Shown here piece after piece: positions 29,575 through 44,135 of a DNA stretch of 64,000 nucleotides. Made by a program: the position numbers and the translations under genes. This DNA comes from the human T2T-CHM13v2.0 reference genome, Homo sapiens. The notes under the pieces were generated by a model. The model saw nothing but the letters and a program-made list of their open reading frames with translations, was not told the DNA's origin and made no database searches. The stretch lies in assembly GCF_009914755.1 (NCBI RefSeq), contig NC_060929.1, one strand, 5' to 3'. Each line of letters starts with the position of its first letter. The stretch's first letter is position 1.

Positions 29575-31359
29575 TCAAATTATTTTCACAAGACCCCATA
29601 TAGGGCAGATTTCATTAATCCATTTTGAATATGAGGTCCTAAGAAATGAACAAGTTTACTCAAAGTCATAGAGATGACAAAGTCAGGGCATCCTGGGGCT
29701 CTTGCCAGGACACCGTCTCCCTGCATTAGAAAGAAAGAAATATAAATATCAAAAGTCTTGCTTTGGTGAAGTTTAATAAACTTAGCTTGCCTTGACTTTT
29801 ACTTGCATGATTTTGTTCTCTTCTACCTAGCACTAGTTAGCATAAGTCATCCTAATGAAACCAACCCATTGCAAGTGTCCATAACCAACCCCTCATAATT
29901 GTGCAGCATTAATCTGTCTATTTACAGATAAGGCAATTTTCTTCAGAAGACAGGCATGTTTCCTCACAGATGACAGAAGACATCACTACCCACGGCATCT
30001 CCATACATAGATACATCCTCCCAAAATGTATGCCAGAAGACCCTGCTACCCCAGTTACTAGGAATGACTTTTCCCTAGTCTGTAGCAACAATCATTTTGT
30101 GAAGCCTGTTTCTTTACCTATATTTTGCTTGTCAATTTGCTTTGGCTTGATGCCATGGTTTCCTATTAGTTCTGCAATTCTCCTTAGTGCCGCTATGCAA
30201 TGTATCTTGACATTTTCTGTAGTCACTTTGCTTTCAGTACAAGGCAAATACCACCCTTACAGAATTGCTGTGGGGATTCAATGGAATAATAGACCTGAAG
30301 GCACTCCATTTCTTTAAAAGTGTAACACTGACTATCTTAAATAAGGAGGTCACAAAGATGATTAGCGGAGAGCTCACAATTCAGTGGCAGAAATACACAT
30401 TACATAAACAAGTGTCAATTTCAGCACAATTTAACTAGGCAGAAAATATTCATTCTCATAACAGAAGGAGGATTTGGAAGATAAAAAATGCTCATGAATG
30501 GCATGCCTGGTCAGGGGAGAGGCACGAAGATAGCAAAGAAAAATCAGCAGGGTGGTAGCCAGAGCTCAGCGTGTGTTAAGAGGACAGAAGTCTGATTATT
30601 TACCCTCTTGAGCATCCTTAGCAATATTATAAATAATTTTTGCATCTTATATCCTAAAGAGTGGTATATTTTTATTTTAGATTAGTGAGTTATTAGTGTT
30701 ATATATTTCATTTTAATGAATTATTTGACAATTTATTTTATATAAACAATTTTTTTTAGTTTTTCACATTTAACAAGAAATTTATGTTATTTAATGAACT
30801 TCAATCTGTGTAGTAAAGAGCATGATTTTCTTGAGTAACACAATTTTAAAGTAACATGTTTTTATATGAGTACAGTTAAATGTGGATAGAAATTAAACTA
30901 CACTGGAGTATGCTGTTGTAAATGAAAAGTCAACTGGAAAGCTATATTTTCTCTTTTTAACATTAGCTTTTTAAATACAGTACTAAACTAATTTTGGTTC
31001 CTGTACAAGAATTTGATCAGATGAATACAACATATGCAACTGTCGAAGAGTATCTTGAGGAAAATTTGCAGAATAATTATCATTTCTATACTCCTCCTCA
31101 AACTTGTTGCGTTTCAGTATCCTTATGTTTTGTGTGTTTCTTGTCCTTAAGGAACAGTTCATTATAGGTGTAAATTAAATAATCTATGTTGGAGAGAAAC
31201 CTTTTTAAACTGGATAATATTTAACCTCTACAGTAGTTAGCAATATGGAGCTGAGATGAATCCCTTGAGTAATGGAGGCCTGAGAACACTCATCTTACTC
31301 TACTGAACTGCACATGTTCGTGCCATTAAATTAAATTAAAGATGCCATTACCACCTAGA

Positions 31360-31548
31360 ATACTGGTTCCCAAAGTATGTTCTCTGGACCACTAGCTTCT
31401 GATCCCCTATGAACTTGTTAGAAATGCAAATTCTTAGGCCCTACCTCCGGCTCATGGAATCAGGGACTCTGGGGGTGAGGCCAAGAAATTTGTGTTCTAA
31501 CAAACCTTCAGATGATCAAGAAGCACGCTGACATTTAAGAACACTCAC
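31360..31548. mobile_element. MER5A-like DNA transposon
   Basis: 'aacttgttagaaatgcaaattcttaggccctacc...gaatcagggactctgggggtgaggcc'. Confidence 0.8.
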
Positions 31549-33040
31549 CTAGCACAGGTTGAAATACCACACACCCCTTCAGGAAGCATCCTTTGGGGAA
31601 ACTCTGCCCTAAAGGGATTAGCAGAATAAACCTCTCTAGGACTTCGAAGTGATGCCTCAGGAAGGCAGGCAGCCCACAGAAGCCCAGGCAAAAGAGACCG
31701 TCAGATTCCATTTACATTATTAATATGGCAGAAATACCCTAGGGATGGAAATGCTTTCTTCAAAAAGAAAAGAACAGAAAGAAAAATCTGGGTCAGTCTC
31801 ACATTTGAGGCATGTTTTTAAAGAGAGTATCAGCATTAGAGGCTGACAGTGAATTGAAACTCTGGGCTAGTCCTCAGCAGCCTCGTGGCTCGCTGTAGGA
31901 GGGTAACTGAACAACACTTCATCTGTAAAATGGAGACAATAATCTGTCCTCGTGGGACTGAGGTGAGATGTTATGACATAACATAAGTAAAGGGAAGGCT
32001 AGCACAAGAGCATTTGTTTATTTACGTCATAGGGTGGTAGAATTATTAACCAAGGAATCATTTTGGTTTAATTCTTCATTTATCTTTCCCACCCTCATTC
32101 CCCTACCATTTCTACCAGGGGCCAGGTTTTGGGCTCTCTTAACTCTAGGTTGGTTTGTGACAGAGCAAAAAGCAAAAGCTGCAGAAGACAATTGCTCTTC
32201 ATGTCTTTTGTGAAAGTTTGAACTTATTGTGAAGAGACAGAAATGGCTTTGAGAAGAGTAAGAGGGAGAGTTCCCATGCAATGCAAGGAGGTCAAAGCCC
32301 AGGGGCTACTGCGAGGAGTAGGATCCCTGCACTGTTCCATGGTAGTGTTTGCAAAAGGTCAAGACCCAGGTTGATGAGGAAAGGAGGGCTTTGTGTGGCT
32401 TATAAGACCAGATTGCAAACACAGGGTCTCATAGGCTTGGCAAAGATTCCTGGTACAGAAGTAAGGCAAAAAAAAAAAAAACCCTCCTGATCAGCAGTGA
32501 ATATCCAGACTGACAGAATGGATGTCTTAAAGGTAATTACCTCAGAGGCCAGTGATGGTCAGAGAGTACACAGTGCATCTGGGGCCTTTGCACAACATAG
32601 GAGACAGCAAAAGAGAAAACCCTAAATCTGGGACTATCCTTTTTGTCAGGCTCACAAGATGGCTAGGAGATGGATGGTAGTTATCCCAAAGAAACAAAGA
32701 AATACGATATTTCTTCCACATCTGAGTTTGCAGACTGATAATGATACCCTCTACTATGCTTTTTATTAACAGCCATTTTGCCTTGAGAATTACACAGATA
32801 TTTAATTAATGAAAGCAACAGCCTTTCCATGTACTGAAGAATGAGAAGGTATCAACCCTCCCCTTTTACCTTTATGAAGAGTAAAGTGTAGGCCTAGACT
32901 GAAAACCTACCAATAACACATATGGGTTATTTTTAGCAAATGTAAAATAGTGACTTTTAAAACCCCATTAGAATCTACATTTATAAAACAGGAATCTGGG
33001 TTTTAAAATACTTCTTACAATTAAAAGTATTTCTATTTTC

Positions 33041-33339
33041 TTTCTTTTTGTTTTTTGAGACAGGCTCTCATTCTGTCACACAGGCTGGAGTGCAGTGGTG
33101 CAATTATGGCTCACTGCAGCCTTGACCTCCCCAAGTTCAGATGATCCTCCCACTTAAGTCTCCCAAGTAGCTGGGACTACAGGCATGCGCCACCACACCT
33201 GGCTAATTTTTTTTTTCTTTTGTAGAGACAGGGTTTCACCCTCTTGCCAGGCTGGTCTCAAACTCCTGGGCTCAAGTAATCTGCCCACCTCAGCCTCCCA
33301 AAGTGCTGGGATTACAGATGTGAGACATTGCACCCAGCC
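33041..33339 (-). mobile_element. AluJ
   Basis: 'tcactgcagccttgacctcc...ctcctgggctcaag...gcacccagcc', flanked by TCTATTT. Confidence 0.9.
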
Positions 33340-33352
33340 TCTATTTTCTCTC

Positions 33353-33483
33353 TTTTTTTTTTTTTTTTTTGAGATGGAGTCTTGCTCTGTCGCCTAGGCT
33401 GGAGTGCAGTGGCATGATCTCGACTCACTGTAACCTCCGCTTCCCAGGTTCAAGCAGTTCTCTGCCTCAGCCTCCCGAGTAGC
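33353..33483 (-). mobile_element. Truncated AluS right monomer
   Basis: Poly(T) followed by 'gagatggagtcttgctctgtcgcc...cctcccgagtagc'. TSD CAGCCTCTATTT at 33335-33346 and 33484-33495. Confidence 0.9.
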
Positions 33484-33543
33484 CAGCCTCTATTTGCTTA
33501 TAAAATTCTTTGCAGACAAAAATGGCTCATTGAGCTAGGTTCT

Positions 33544-33896
33544 CGTATTAGGCCTTTCTCATGCTGCTATACCCAAGACTGGGTAATTTATAAAGAAAAG
33601 AGGTTTAATTGGCTCACAGTTCCACATTGGTGGGGACGCCTTAGGAAACTTACAGTCATGGCGAAAGGCACCTCTTCACAAGGCAGCAGGATAGAGAATG
33701 AGTGCTGATTGAAAGGAGAAGCCAAGCCCCTTATAAAACCATCAGATATCATGAGAATTAATGCACTATCATGAGAACAGCATGGGGGGAAACACCACCA
33801 TGATTCAATTATCTCCACCGGTCCTGCCCTTGACACTTTGGAATTATTACAATTCAAGGTGAGATTTGGGTGGGAACACAGAGCCAAACCGTATCA
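33544..33896 (-). mobile_element. MSTA/THE1D-like solo LTR
   Basis: 'gactgggtaatttataaagaaaagaggtttaattggctcacagttcc...gagatttgggtggg...gccaaaccgtatca' with TSD GTTCT. Confidence 0.9.
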
Positions 33897-34759
33897 GTTC
33901 TCCTATGAGTATACAATGTGACTGCAAAGGCTAATAAGAAATTAGCAGGCCCTTCTACATGAGAGGCCCAAACTAATTAGGCTGAGGTAAGAAACCTGCT
34001 AAACTATAACAACATCAGAAGTAATGGTAACTTCTCTGAGCACCTGAGTGATAAATTGCAGCATCCATATTACTGTGAAATAGAAGCAGGTAGAAATATC
34101 CCAACAGAAAAAAAAGGAGAAACAATGTGACATCAGTGGCATGATAACCCACGACCTAAACATGAGAAAGCTCTAGAAAAATAGGCTATTTGAACACATT
34201 GGCCATTTTAAGTCCTCTCCTCAGGAAGTGCCAAACTGCTTCTAATCTAAAGTTACAATTCAGGCAACTAGTTTGGTACTGGCAAAATATACTTAAATAA
34301 ACTGGCCAACTTGATATAATTTGCTGCCATCAAATCCACCTTTTGAAATATGTTGCCTGAGGCAATTCTGTTCTGACACTGCATTTACATGCATTTTGAA
34401 ATTCTTGGTGGTAACCAGAAGAATGACTATCAATTGAGTCAACTCTCCTTTCCTTTCTTAATTTCTGAGGCAAAGCAAAACACCCTCTGTGTATGAGAGG
34501 AACAACCTCTACCCTCCCATAAAAGAGAAATTAATTATCCAACCCCATAAACCTGTGAAGATTTTTCCTCTGAGAGTATGACAGCCCCACCTCCAACCCA
34601 ACAGGTCAAGGCATAGAGCAGAGTGTGATTACTGTGAGTAATATTTATGGTATCCTAGAGCTTTGCTAGCTATCATTCAAGGGTCGATGAAAGTGGTACA
34701 AACAAGGAGAAAAGTACAAAAACATAAAAGATTCAAAAGAAGCACCACAGGTTGTTGGT

Positions 34760-34965
34760 TGAAAGGATGGGACTCTGGGAGCCAATTGCCTGCGTGGTTT
34801 CAAATCTCGGTCCAACCTTCCTACCTGTGCAACCCTCGACATGTTGCTCAGCCCTCTGTGCATTTGTTTTCTTATCAGTAAAAAACCATAATACACTGTC
34901 CGCCTCGTAGATAGTGAGAATGAAGTGAATTAATAATTGTAAAGTGCTAGAACAACACCTGCCCT
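34760..34965 (+). mobile_element. MIR SINE
   Basis: 'gactctgggagcca...ggtttcaaatctcgg...gtaaagtgctagaacaacacctg'. Confidence 0.6.
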
Positions 34966-35544
34966 TAGTTAAAAATAATATATATATATATATGCTAAAT
35001 AAATAAAAGAATAATCTATGAAGGAATAGTAAATATTTATTAGAAACAACACTGGGTAGAGGTGGTTAGGATGTCTTCAGATCTTTATTTTATTTCTTTA
35101 CAACTGATATATTTAGTTTATAAGAAAACTGGATGAACTATTCAGTAAATGATATCTTATATTTTTATCAGGTCTAATAGTTTATATAAAGCTGTAACAT
35201 TTTGTCCAAAGAATTTGTGTGGGTGAGATGTCTCTATACAAGACTTAAGTCTTAGATGGCTGTGGTTTGTTCATTTGTTTCTACTGTTGGTATTTTCAAA
35301 GTCTGAGATTGAACTAGCTTTCACATGTCTTGTTGGACAACTCTCGGCCAAGTTACCAAAATACAAGTTTTATTCCAGATTTATTTATTGGCTGCAAATT
35401 TTTACATAACAATATCCAGGGCTTTTAGAAGGCAAGAGGAACATAAAACACAATACTCACTCTCCAGAAGCCAAATTCAGAAGACATACAAACAGATATA
35501 AAGTAGTTGAAAACAATTTTGAAGAATCAAATTTAAATAACACT

Positions 35545-35755
35545 TATGATATTGTTACATGCCAGTGCTTTCACATTTCTTATCATTTTCTACCTCATTT
35601 GTTAACATCCCCATTTTATAGAAAAGGCAAGAAAGACACAGAGAGGTGAAATGACTTGTTCCAGCTCCAGAGTTAATATGTTGTTGAAATCTGTTTTGGA
35701 ACTGAGTTTATCTGCCTTCAATCCAGGGTTCTTTCCATTCTACCTAAGCTGCCAT
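35545..35755 (-). mobile_element. MIR SINE
   Basis: 'cccattttatag...acagagaggtgaaatgacttgttcca...ctttccattcta'. Confidence 0.6.
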
Positions 35756-38537
35756 GATGATCATCAAATCTAAAGACAAGACGCGACGTAGTAGTACAAA
35801 TGAAAGGGAATCAAAGTGAATGGAAACAAGCAGAAAAATCTCACAGGGAAGAGGCTGGACAGTGGTTAGGATTTGAGGAAGTAAACAGGAAGAGAAAGGA
35901 CCACAGTAGAAAGCTGAGAATTAGTAAAATCAAGAATGCCAAGACAGGCCAGGCTACACAGCAATAAGACTTGGGTATCCTGGTAAAGATGATTCCAGAA
36001 TTAAGATGGAGGAAGAAACTCAAACAGCAGAGTTTAGGCACGATATTGGGAAATTTACAGCCATTGCAGGCTTTTGAGCAGAGGAGTGGGTGTTACAAAC
36101 ATTTGTTTAGCAGCAGAATTAGAGAGGGGAGAGGCAGACAGAGAACTTCTGGAAGACTGCTGCATTAATTCAGGTAAGGGATGACAAGTGTCTGGGGCTG
36201 TCTGATTACTGTGGAACAGAAAGGAACAACATCACAGCACTAACTCTAAAGGAAAAATTTTCAGAACATAATAATTTGAAGCATGAAGGGAAGCAATGAG
36301 TTAAAAATGCCTTCAGGGCTTTGAATGTGGGAAACTTAGACAATGGCAATACTGCTGATAATTGTAAGTGCTGAGCCAGGAAGGAAGATGGGCATCCAGA
36401 TCTGGGACAGAAACCAGCAAAACCTTTGAGTTGGAAGGAAATAAACACCCCAGTGGAGGTGCCAAACGGAGAAACCGAATGAGTTTAATTCTAAGTTTAT
36501 TGAGCTCCATGTGACACTAGGACATACAAGTAACAATGTGCTGCAGAGAGTTGTACAAAATGATTCAACCTTTGGGCAGGAATGAAAATAGAAAGATGAG
36601 AGTCACCAACTTAGAGAAAAGGGTAGAAAGTGAGTCATTTGACTAAGTAGCTTAAATGGCCACTGAGATGTTCTACCTGTCCACAAGTCGACAAGAGGAG
36701 TTTCATTTTGTTCATCTCTTGTTCTGTTTTAGTTAACATAACAAAATGTTCAGTATCTGACTTCTGAGGAGCAGGCAGGCTATGAGGAGCATTCTCATTA
36801 TCTATGCTCTTGCTTTCCATTTTTGAATAGGAGTAGCCACTATTTCTCTGCTGAAACCCCTGAAAAAGGAACACATGAGAGAATTAAAATGTGTTAAGTG
36901 ATTTGAAATGCTAAAAATGGCACTTCAGCATTGGCTGTATGAGAATTTTAATATTCCTGCCAGCTGAGATACAGGCAATTTTATATTTAATTACTAAAAT
37001 AAATGTAATTTAAGAATTTTGTTACACACCTAAAGTCAGAAAATAAAGTGCTCTCTTAAGTATAATAAAATGCCTTGATCTAAGTTGGACAGATTATAGC
37101 ACTACATTCAGCATTGGAAGGGAGCATCAAAGTGATCTAGCCCAATCTCTTGGAGTTGGAACCCCTTGGACATACCAGGAGGTGTCCACTAAGTCACTGC
37201 TGGATGGCAGCTGGGCTGCACAATTACTTGTACATAAATTTGTCAACTGTCCTCAAACATCACCCAAGAACCTTATTCTTATTCAGTCTGCAAAGTGACC
37301 TGATTTGGTATCTTAGATTGTCATGGACAGCAGCTGCGTCCAATTCTAACATTAACCTAACTTAGGACAAAAACAGAAATCTTGGAAAGTTCTATTGCAT
37401 TGGGAAAGCTTACTATAGAAAACACAAATCTGGTCTCCCAAGTCCACAAGAGAATCATCAGAGGTAGTTAGAGCAACTGAACTACAGGGAATTACGTTCT
37501 TTCTTCCCTAACATCTGGTATGGATTTATAATGATGCAAAAAAAAAGAAGGGAATCATTTAAATTAGGCATGTGGATTTGTGCCTTGACCTTGTTAAGTG
37601 AAAAGTAGGTGTTACCACTATGAATTTCTATGAAACTGGTAGTAAATGTGTAAAAGTCAAGACCCCCTACAGAATATGAAGAAGCCATGAGTTGAAAGGG
37701 TGGAAACACAAAATGCTAGTACATTTCTACTAGGAATATCTAGATAAAACTTAAATGATTTATTACAGGGTTGAGTTAGGGCCTTCATTTTTTTTTCTTT
37801 TTAATACAGCAAAAACATAGAAAAAGGTAAAAAAAAAAATGAGGGTACAATTAAGAGAAAGTACAATTAAAAGAGAGCATCATTGTCAAATATTCAATAC
37901 CCAAATCCACTAGCTATAGATTTCCAAGACTAGACCTTATAAAATATGAATGTAGCATAAAGGAGATGAGATGTTAAGAATAAATGCTTTTCTTAAGAAG
38001 AGTTTGCCATGACATTTAAGAAATTCTGTGATTACTTTTTTATCCAAGAAAAGATTATTTTATTTCACTCAAGCTTTAAAAATTCAAATTAAACTGCTAG
38101 GCTTTTTAAATGGAGTTTATTGTCGTATTCTTTAGCTCCATAATTTAATATTTTCCCCCATTCCCACTTTTGGTCAATCCAGCCTTCATTTCCACGTTGG
38201 ATCAGGACACTGTGCAATAGAGCGGGTGCTCAGAATGTTTGGTCTTTGACCTCCACTTCCAGAGAGTTTTATGTAGAAAGCCCATGATTATTGTCTTTGC
38301 CTTCTGCAACCTCTTTTTTAACCTTGAAGTTTAAAGGTTCACAGCCAGTGTCTGGCTCTTATTATAGGTTTTAAGATGAAGTCTATACAGTGAAAAGAAC
38401 TCTGTTTTTATTTTTTCAGAATTATTGGCTTTCAAGCCTTTGGATTCCCTGCAGATAATTACTGTTTTGGCCTGTGATTTCTCTGATATTTAATGCCTTT
38501 GAGAGGAATAAATTACCTATATAACAAGAAGGGTTAA

Positions 38538-38887
<350 letters not shown>

Positions 38888-39199
38888 TGCATTGTTCTTT
38901 TTAAGTGTCCTGCAAGCTCTGACTACCTGAAGCATCCTATTGGTTTTAACCATCTCCTACAACACAACTTGTGATCTGGATTCTTTACTAGTGGAAACTA
39001 AAAGAAATAGAGAAGAATTTTGGTAGTTGATGTTGAGGTTTCCTCTGTTTTTGTGACATTTGTACTCCTTCAAGGTGACCACATTTCTTCCTAATATTCT
39101 GAATAATAGTTCTATAAACCTGATATCTATGCCCAGATCTAGTTTCATAACACTGGAATTCAAACTTAGAGCTGAAATTTCCATGAAGTTAATTCTATC

Positions 39200-40900
39200 A
39201 GCATTCAGCCTCCCTTAGCTGTTTCAGGAATTCATCTTCGAGAAACTGTGCTTTTTTGTGTGTATTTGTCTTATTAAATCCGTGAAACTAAAAATGCTTG
39301 AACAAAGTAAAACATTAACACCAACTTTCACAGTAAATTATTTTGTGTGAATGAAAGCTTTTTAAGAGTGTAAGTCTTGGCATAATTACCCAAAAGTAGT
39401 TTAGTAAATGCCATGAAACATTACATCTGCATATCAAAAATGCATTCTGTATGCTACAGGAAAATTGTAGTACGGAGGCAATTTTCTAATATTTACATAT
39501 TTATAGCAAGTGCCTGTCACAGGAAAGTTAAGCTCACCTGTAAAACTTTCATGTTACGTAACATGAAGAACGTCTCATGCTTGGGTGTTCTAATAACCAT
39601 GATATTATTTTAACAATTACACTATTTAATACCTTGGATTAGTTCCTCTGATAGTGCTATTAGCTGTCACTATACTCAATAATAGGTGACTTCATCTTTG
39701 TTATGACATGATCTTTCCTACTGTTTGTTGACCTTTCAATACAAGGGGGAGGGGACGCTCCCAGCCCCCCAAACCTTTAAGCAGCTACTGTAAAGCTGCG
39801 GTTTAATTCTCAGCTGGAATGTTTAGAAACCCTTGGTGCTAAATACCTCAGTGGACTGCTTAAACACCAACAACAGCCTTATGGGGCCTTACCCGACCTT
39901 AAACACATCTTTTTTTGTTGAGAATATTGCATTCTGCCACAATTCTGTGGGCTAACCCTGGGCTCACATTAAATATACCAGCTTCATTGAAGCTTACTGA
40001 ATTGAGTTGAGTTGTTCTTTGTTTTATTCTCTCTCTGCTTCACCCCCCACTGGGACTGGGCAGCCTTTCTTCCAGTGGAGCGTGCTTTAAAGTAACCCAA
40101 AGAAGAGGAGGGGGAACGGGGGAGAAAAACCAAAAGGTGCAGCTAAGGCCCGTAATTAGTCTTGATCCTCCAAGTCTAAAATATTTTAACGCCAGGTTTC
40201 TGATTGCAGTATGGGCAAAGTGGATTTGGGAATGCAGAAAAGTAATTAGGTCTGTGCATTGAAGTGTGGAGAGCATTTAAAAGTGAATGGGTGGTTACTA
40301 CATTCTTGGCAGGCTGTTTTTTATCTTTTCATGCTCTGCTGTTGTTAGAGGTGATGGGTTTATTGCAGTTTTTGCACTCTGGAGGTGGCTATGTTTTTCT
40401 TAACCTAGCCTTTTGCTCTCCATCTCAAAAATGAATCCTCGTGGTGTAAGGAAGAACAAGCGAAATTTTTAAAAAATAAAAACAAGGCACATTGACCGAA
40501 TATTATGCGGTGAAGCAGAATAAGTTGGGAATAAACCTCAATGCCGCAACAGGTCACTTATAAAGATTCTGGGTTTAATTAATGACTCACTGAGCACAGG
40601 ACTAACGGGAGACAATGGTCACCCCAAGGAGAAGGAAAACAAAACATGGTATTCTCTAACCATGTTCACAGAGCCATCCAAACTATCTGGGGGGAAAGCT
40701 GACATCATTATGTCACTTCTGGGTCCTGGTATAGAAGATACAAACTATAAATGTCTGAGTTGTCAAAAATGCATGCTTTTGATTGCTTCAGTCTATAGAA
40801 TTGCTGCAATTTGCTAAGATCACGTCTCTTCAGCCCAGACATTCATGTCTGCCAGTCAAGTCATCATCAGTCCTGGCTTGAAAGTCAGAGAAAATATATG
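39200..40900. promoter_or_regulatory. Candidate conserved non-coding enhancer block
   Basis: Repeat-poor, with GTAATTAG twice (40152, 40242), TTAATTAA+TGACTCA (40575-40589), TTTATTGC and ACAATGG. Inference only. Confidence 0.45.
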
Positions 40901-41689
40901 TGCAAAAAATAATAATAATAATAATAATCTGGAGAGAAAAAAAAAGCTGAGGTAAGAATGGGTAAAATTTAAATAGGCTTCTTTTAATGTTCACAAAAGT
41001 GTTTTAGCTTAAAATAAATGATACAAAAAAAAGTGTGTTTCTTTAGCAATACAGACCTATACAAGAAAAAATTGCATGAGGTAACTTGATCTTTCTAAAA
41101 ACATTTAGTGAGATCTACAGAATTTTTAAAGGTAGAATCAGATCTTACTAATGGAAAATCAAATGAAGGAAACAAAATGTGGAGTTTTGGGAGGTTTTGT
41201 GCTGGTAGTTATTGTTTGGGAGTTGGGGGTTTTCTGTTTGTTTAGTTTGGTTTTTAGTTTGGAAATGTGCCTTGAGAAGGCCACTTCAAAGATGACTGAA
41301 CTGAAACATTTATGTCCTGACAACTACTTCAGCACACTTCAAATGTATACAAATAAGTTACCTACTTTTTAACACTTGTTAAGGGTTGTATTCAGTATCT
41401 TAATTAAATACTAGTCTACCATTATCTAGTCTGCTATATGAGAAATATATTTCCTTAGCCACATATGGCTCTTAGCTTATTGAGTTTGTCTGCATTTCTA
41501 GTCAATGAGAATGAGCACTTTACTGTTTGACATATTATCACCTTAGCCCTGGCTAGACTCAAAGCCATTTCTTCATCTCAAGTTTTCCTGTTAAAAGATT
41601 AATACAGCATTAATATTGCTGACAACCTTATGTTTCAGGTCTTCCAGAAGATACAGATAAAATATATGATCTGATGCTGTTATAAGTAA

Positions 41690-42200
41690 GATTTACATCT
41701 TCATCATAGCTTGTCTATAACCTGGAAAACTTGGAAACAACATAAATATCTAGCAATGAGGAACTGGTTAAACAAATGATGACACGATTATGCAATGAAG
41801 TGCTATGCAGTCATCAGGAATGATACTGGGGAAGACTAATAACGAGAGAAGATATTCAAAATATATTAAATGTAAGTTTATAAAGCAGGTTATAAGGCAA
41901 TATGCATAGTATAATCCTATGTGTATATAAAATAGGTAATAAATTATATAATTTATTTAAATATATAATTATTGTCAAAAAGAAAAAAGTCAGCTCCCCC
42001 ACCTTTTTGTTAACAGAGCCTGATGCAAAGTGAGGCATATTTTTTAAAAAAGAGAAAAATATGCCAAAATGTTAATAAAGGTTACCCCTGAGTTGTGAAA
42101 TTCAGGGTGATTGTATTTTATTGTCTCTACTTATATTTCCTAAAGTTTATTGAATTAGCTTATAATAGGACAAGATCATTTTATAATCTAAAAAATGATT
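41690..42200 (+). mobile_element. Old L1ME-like 3' fragment
   Basis: 'aaaacttggaaacaacataaatatctagcaatgaggaactggttaaacaaatgatgacac...tgctatgcagtcatc'. Confidence 0.6.
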
Positions 42201-43924
42201 AATAAAAGTCAATTAAAAAGAAATAACTTATCAAACTATGATATTTAATTATCCCTGCATATTTTTAAAAATACCCTTTATGATGTATCCTCCTGAGTTC
42301 AAGAGGCAAAACAAAAACAAACAACAAAAAACAGGTTTCTCTCCTCACCTAGATCCTATATTTGTTGTTGTACCTGAATATAAGCTTCATTACCCACAGT
42401 ATTTCTCAAAGATCCCTCTCTGGTTGCCTAAAAGGTAGAAAAGGATTCCACAGTTGAACTGTATTTTACATTTGGAAAGACCCAGCAAGAAAACGACCCC
42501 TCTGCTTTTCTGTCTGGAGGCATAGCCAGCTCATGGGCTTCACTTCGCTCTGACTAGATTCTACCCAGAATGCTCAATTCCAGTCCTGCGCCAAGTACAA
42601 GGTGCCCGTGCTCCCTGACCCTCCCTGAACCTAGAAAGCCAGGTCCACATTAGGACTCAGCCCCTTATGTTGAGGCCACCTTCCTTCTTGGATGCCTGAT
42701 GTATTCCTCATTATGCAAATGGAAAATAAGCACCAGCATATCCAGGTCAGACACATAATGTGTATAAATAATTGCTGGGGGAAATACGTAGCTCAGTGAA
42801 CTCATCTAAAGCCAAAAGCTTAAGAAATTTGTGTCCAGCACAGACACCCACTTGCTGGGAGCCCATGGGCAAGTCACTTAAACTCTCTGTGTTTCATCTT
42901 AAAATAGAGACGATAAGAATGTTGGCCTAGACCCCAGGGAATAGCAAAAGATTGTGAAGCACTTCAAAAATTCTGTATCAAAGTAATAGGTGCTATTTAG
43001 GGAAAAGGTCATGAAATCATCAAAAACATCCTGAAACCTCAGGGAAAAAAAACCCACTGTGATTTCACAAACTGTGATCTAAAAGGCATAACTAAATTCG
43101 CAGAAGCCCAAATTTACAGACATACCTAAAGCACTTGCCACAGTTCATTTCAGACGACTTTTTCTGCAGAAGTCTCATTATTCTCCTTAAGCAAAACATA
43201 CCCATCAGATGTTTGTGAGAATTCTCTGGCTTCACGTGGTTTAGACAAAAATCCTGCCTTAAGATGAGTTGCTGAGAAAGTTCTCGAAAGCATCGCTTAT
43301 TGCAAACCAAATTGTATTCAGCAGGTAGAAATTAGCACGTGGGCTAGATACAGCCTAGGATCACAAAAACACACATGGAAGCCACAAGACTGCTGCTCTA
43401 TAATTATGTGGCTTTTCTGCAATAGTCACTGTAAGCTTCTGTGGCTTCCATTAGGGACATAATGAAGAGTAATTGACGGCGGGGATGTTTCTGGTCTCAA
43501 TCCCATCCCCTTCTCCACCCTCCACCCTCTGAGTATTCCTTCCTTCGGGGCACAACATCCTCTTACAATCTTTGATCTGAGACAAGGCAGTGCCCCAGTT
43601 GCAGTTTGTTGTGGTATTTTCCAGACAGTTTACCACATTTTTTTATGTGGTCAAAGAAATAGAGCTGGTAATTGACTGGCTATCTCCCATGGTCTAGGTC
43701 ACAGCCTTCAGCCACCGTCTTGTGATCCAGTCTGTGCCCACATACAGGAGATAAGTAGAGAAAATTCCAAAGACGCCAAAGCAGGAAATGGAGCTGTCTT
43801 ATGCTTCCTGAAATTTCTAACCTTAAAACAACTCAAAACAAAATAAAAGAATGTCCCCTTCCTATATTTCTGATACTCTGTTGTATCATTTAAAACTCAT
43901 GTCCATCTGGTATAACGTTTCAAA

Positions 43925-44135
43925 AACTGGGCTTTGGAATTAGACAAAACCCATCTTCACTTCTTACCTAAGTGGCCTAGAAGTAATTTAACATTTCCTT
44001 ACCTCAGTCTCCTCATCCATAAAATGGGGATAATAATGCTACTACCTAGTGTTGTACAGGGTTTAGAATAATACATACAAGTACTTAGCAGATTGCCCAG
44101 CATATAATAATTGTTTGACTAATGGTAACTATTGT
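43925..44135 (+). mobile_element. MIR SINE
   Basis: MIR core 'cctcagtctcctcatccataaaatggggataataatg'. Confidence 0.7.
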
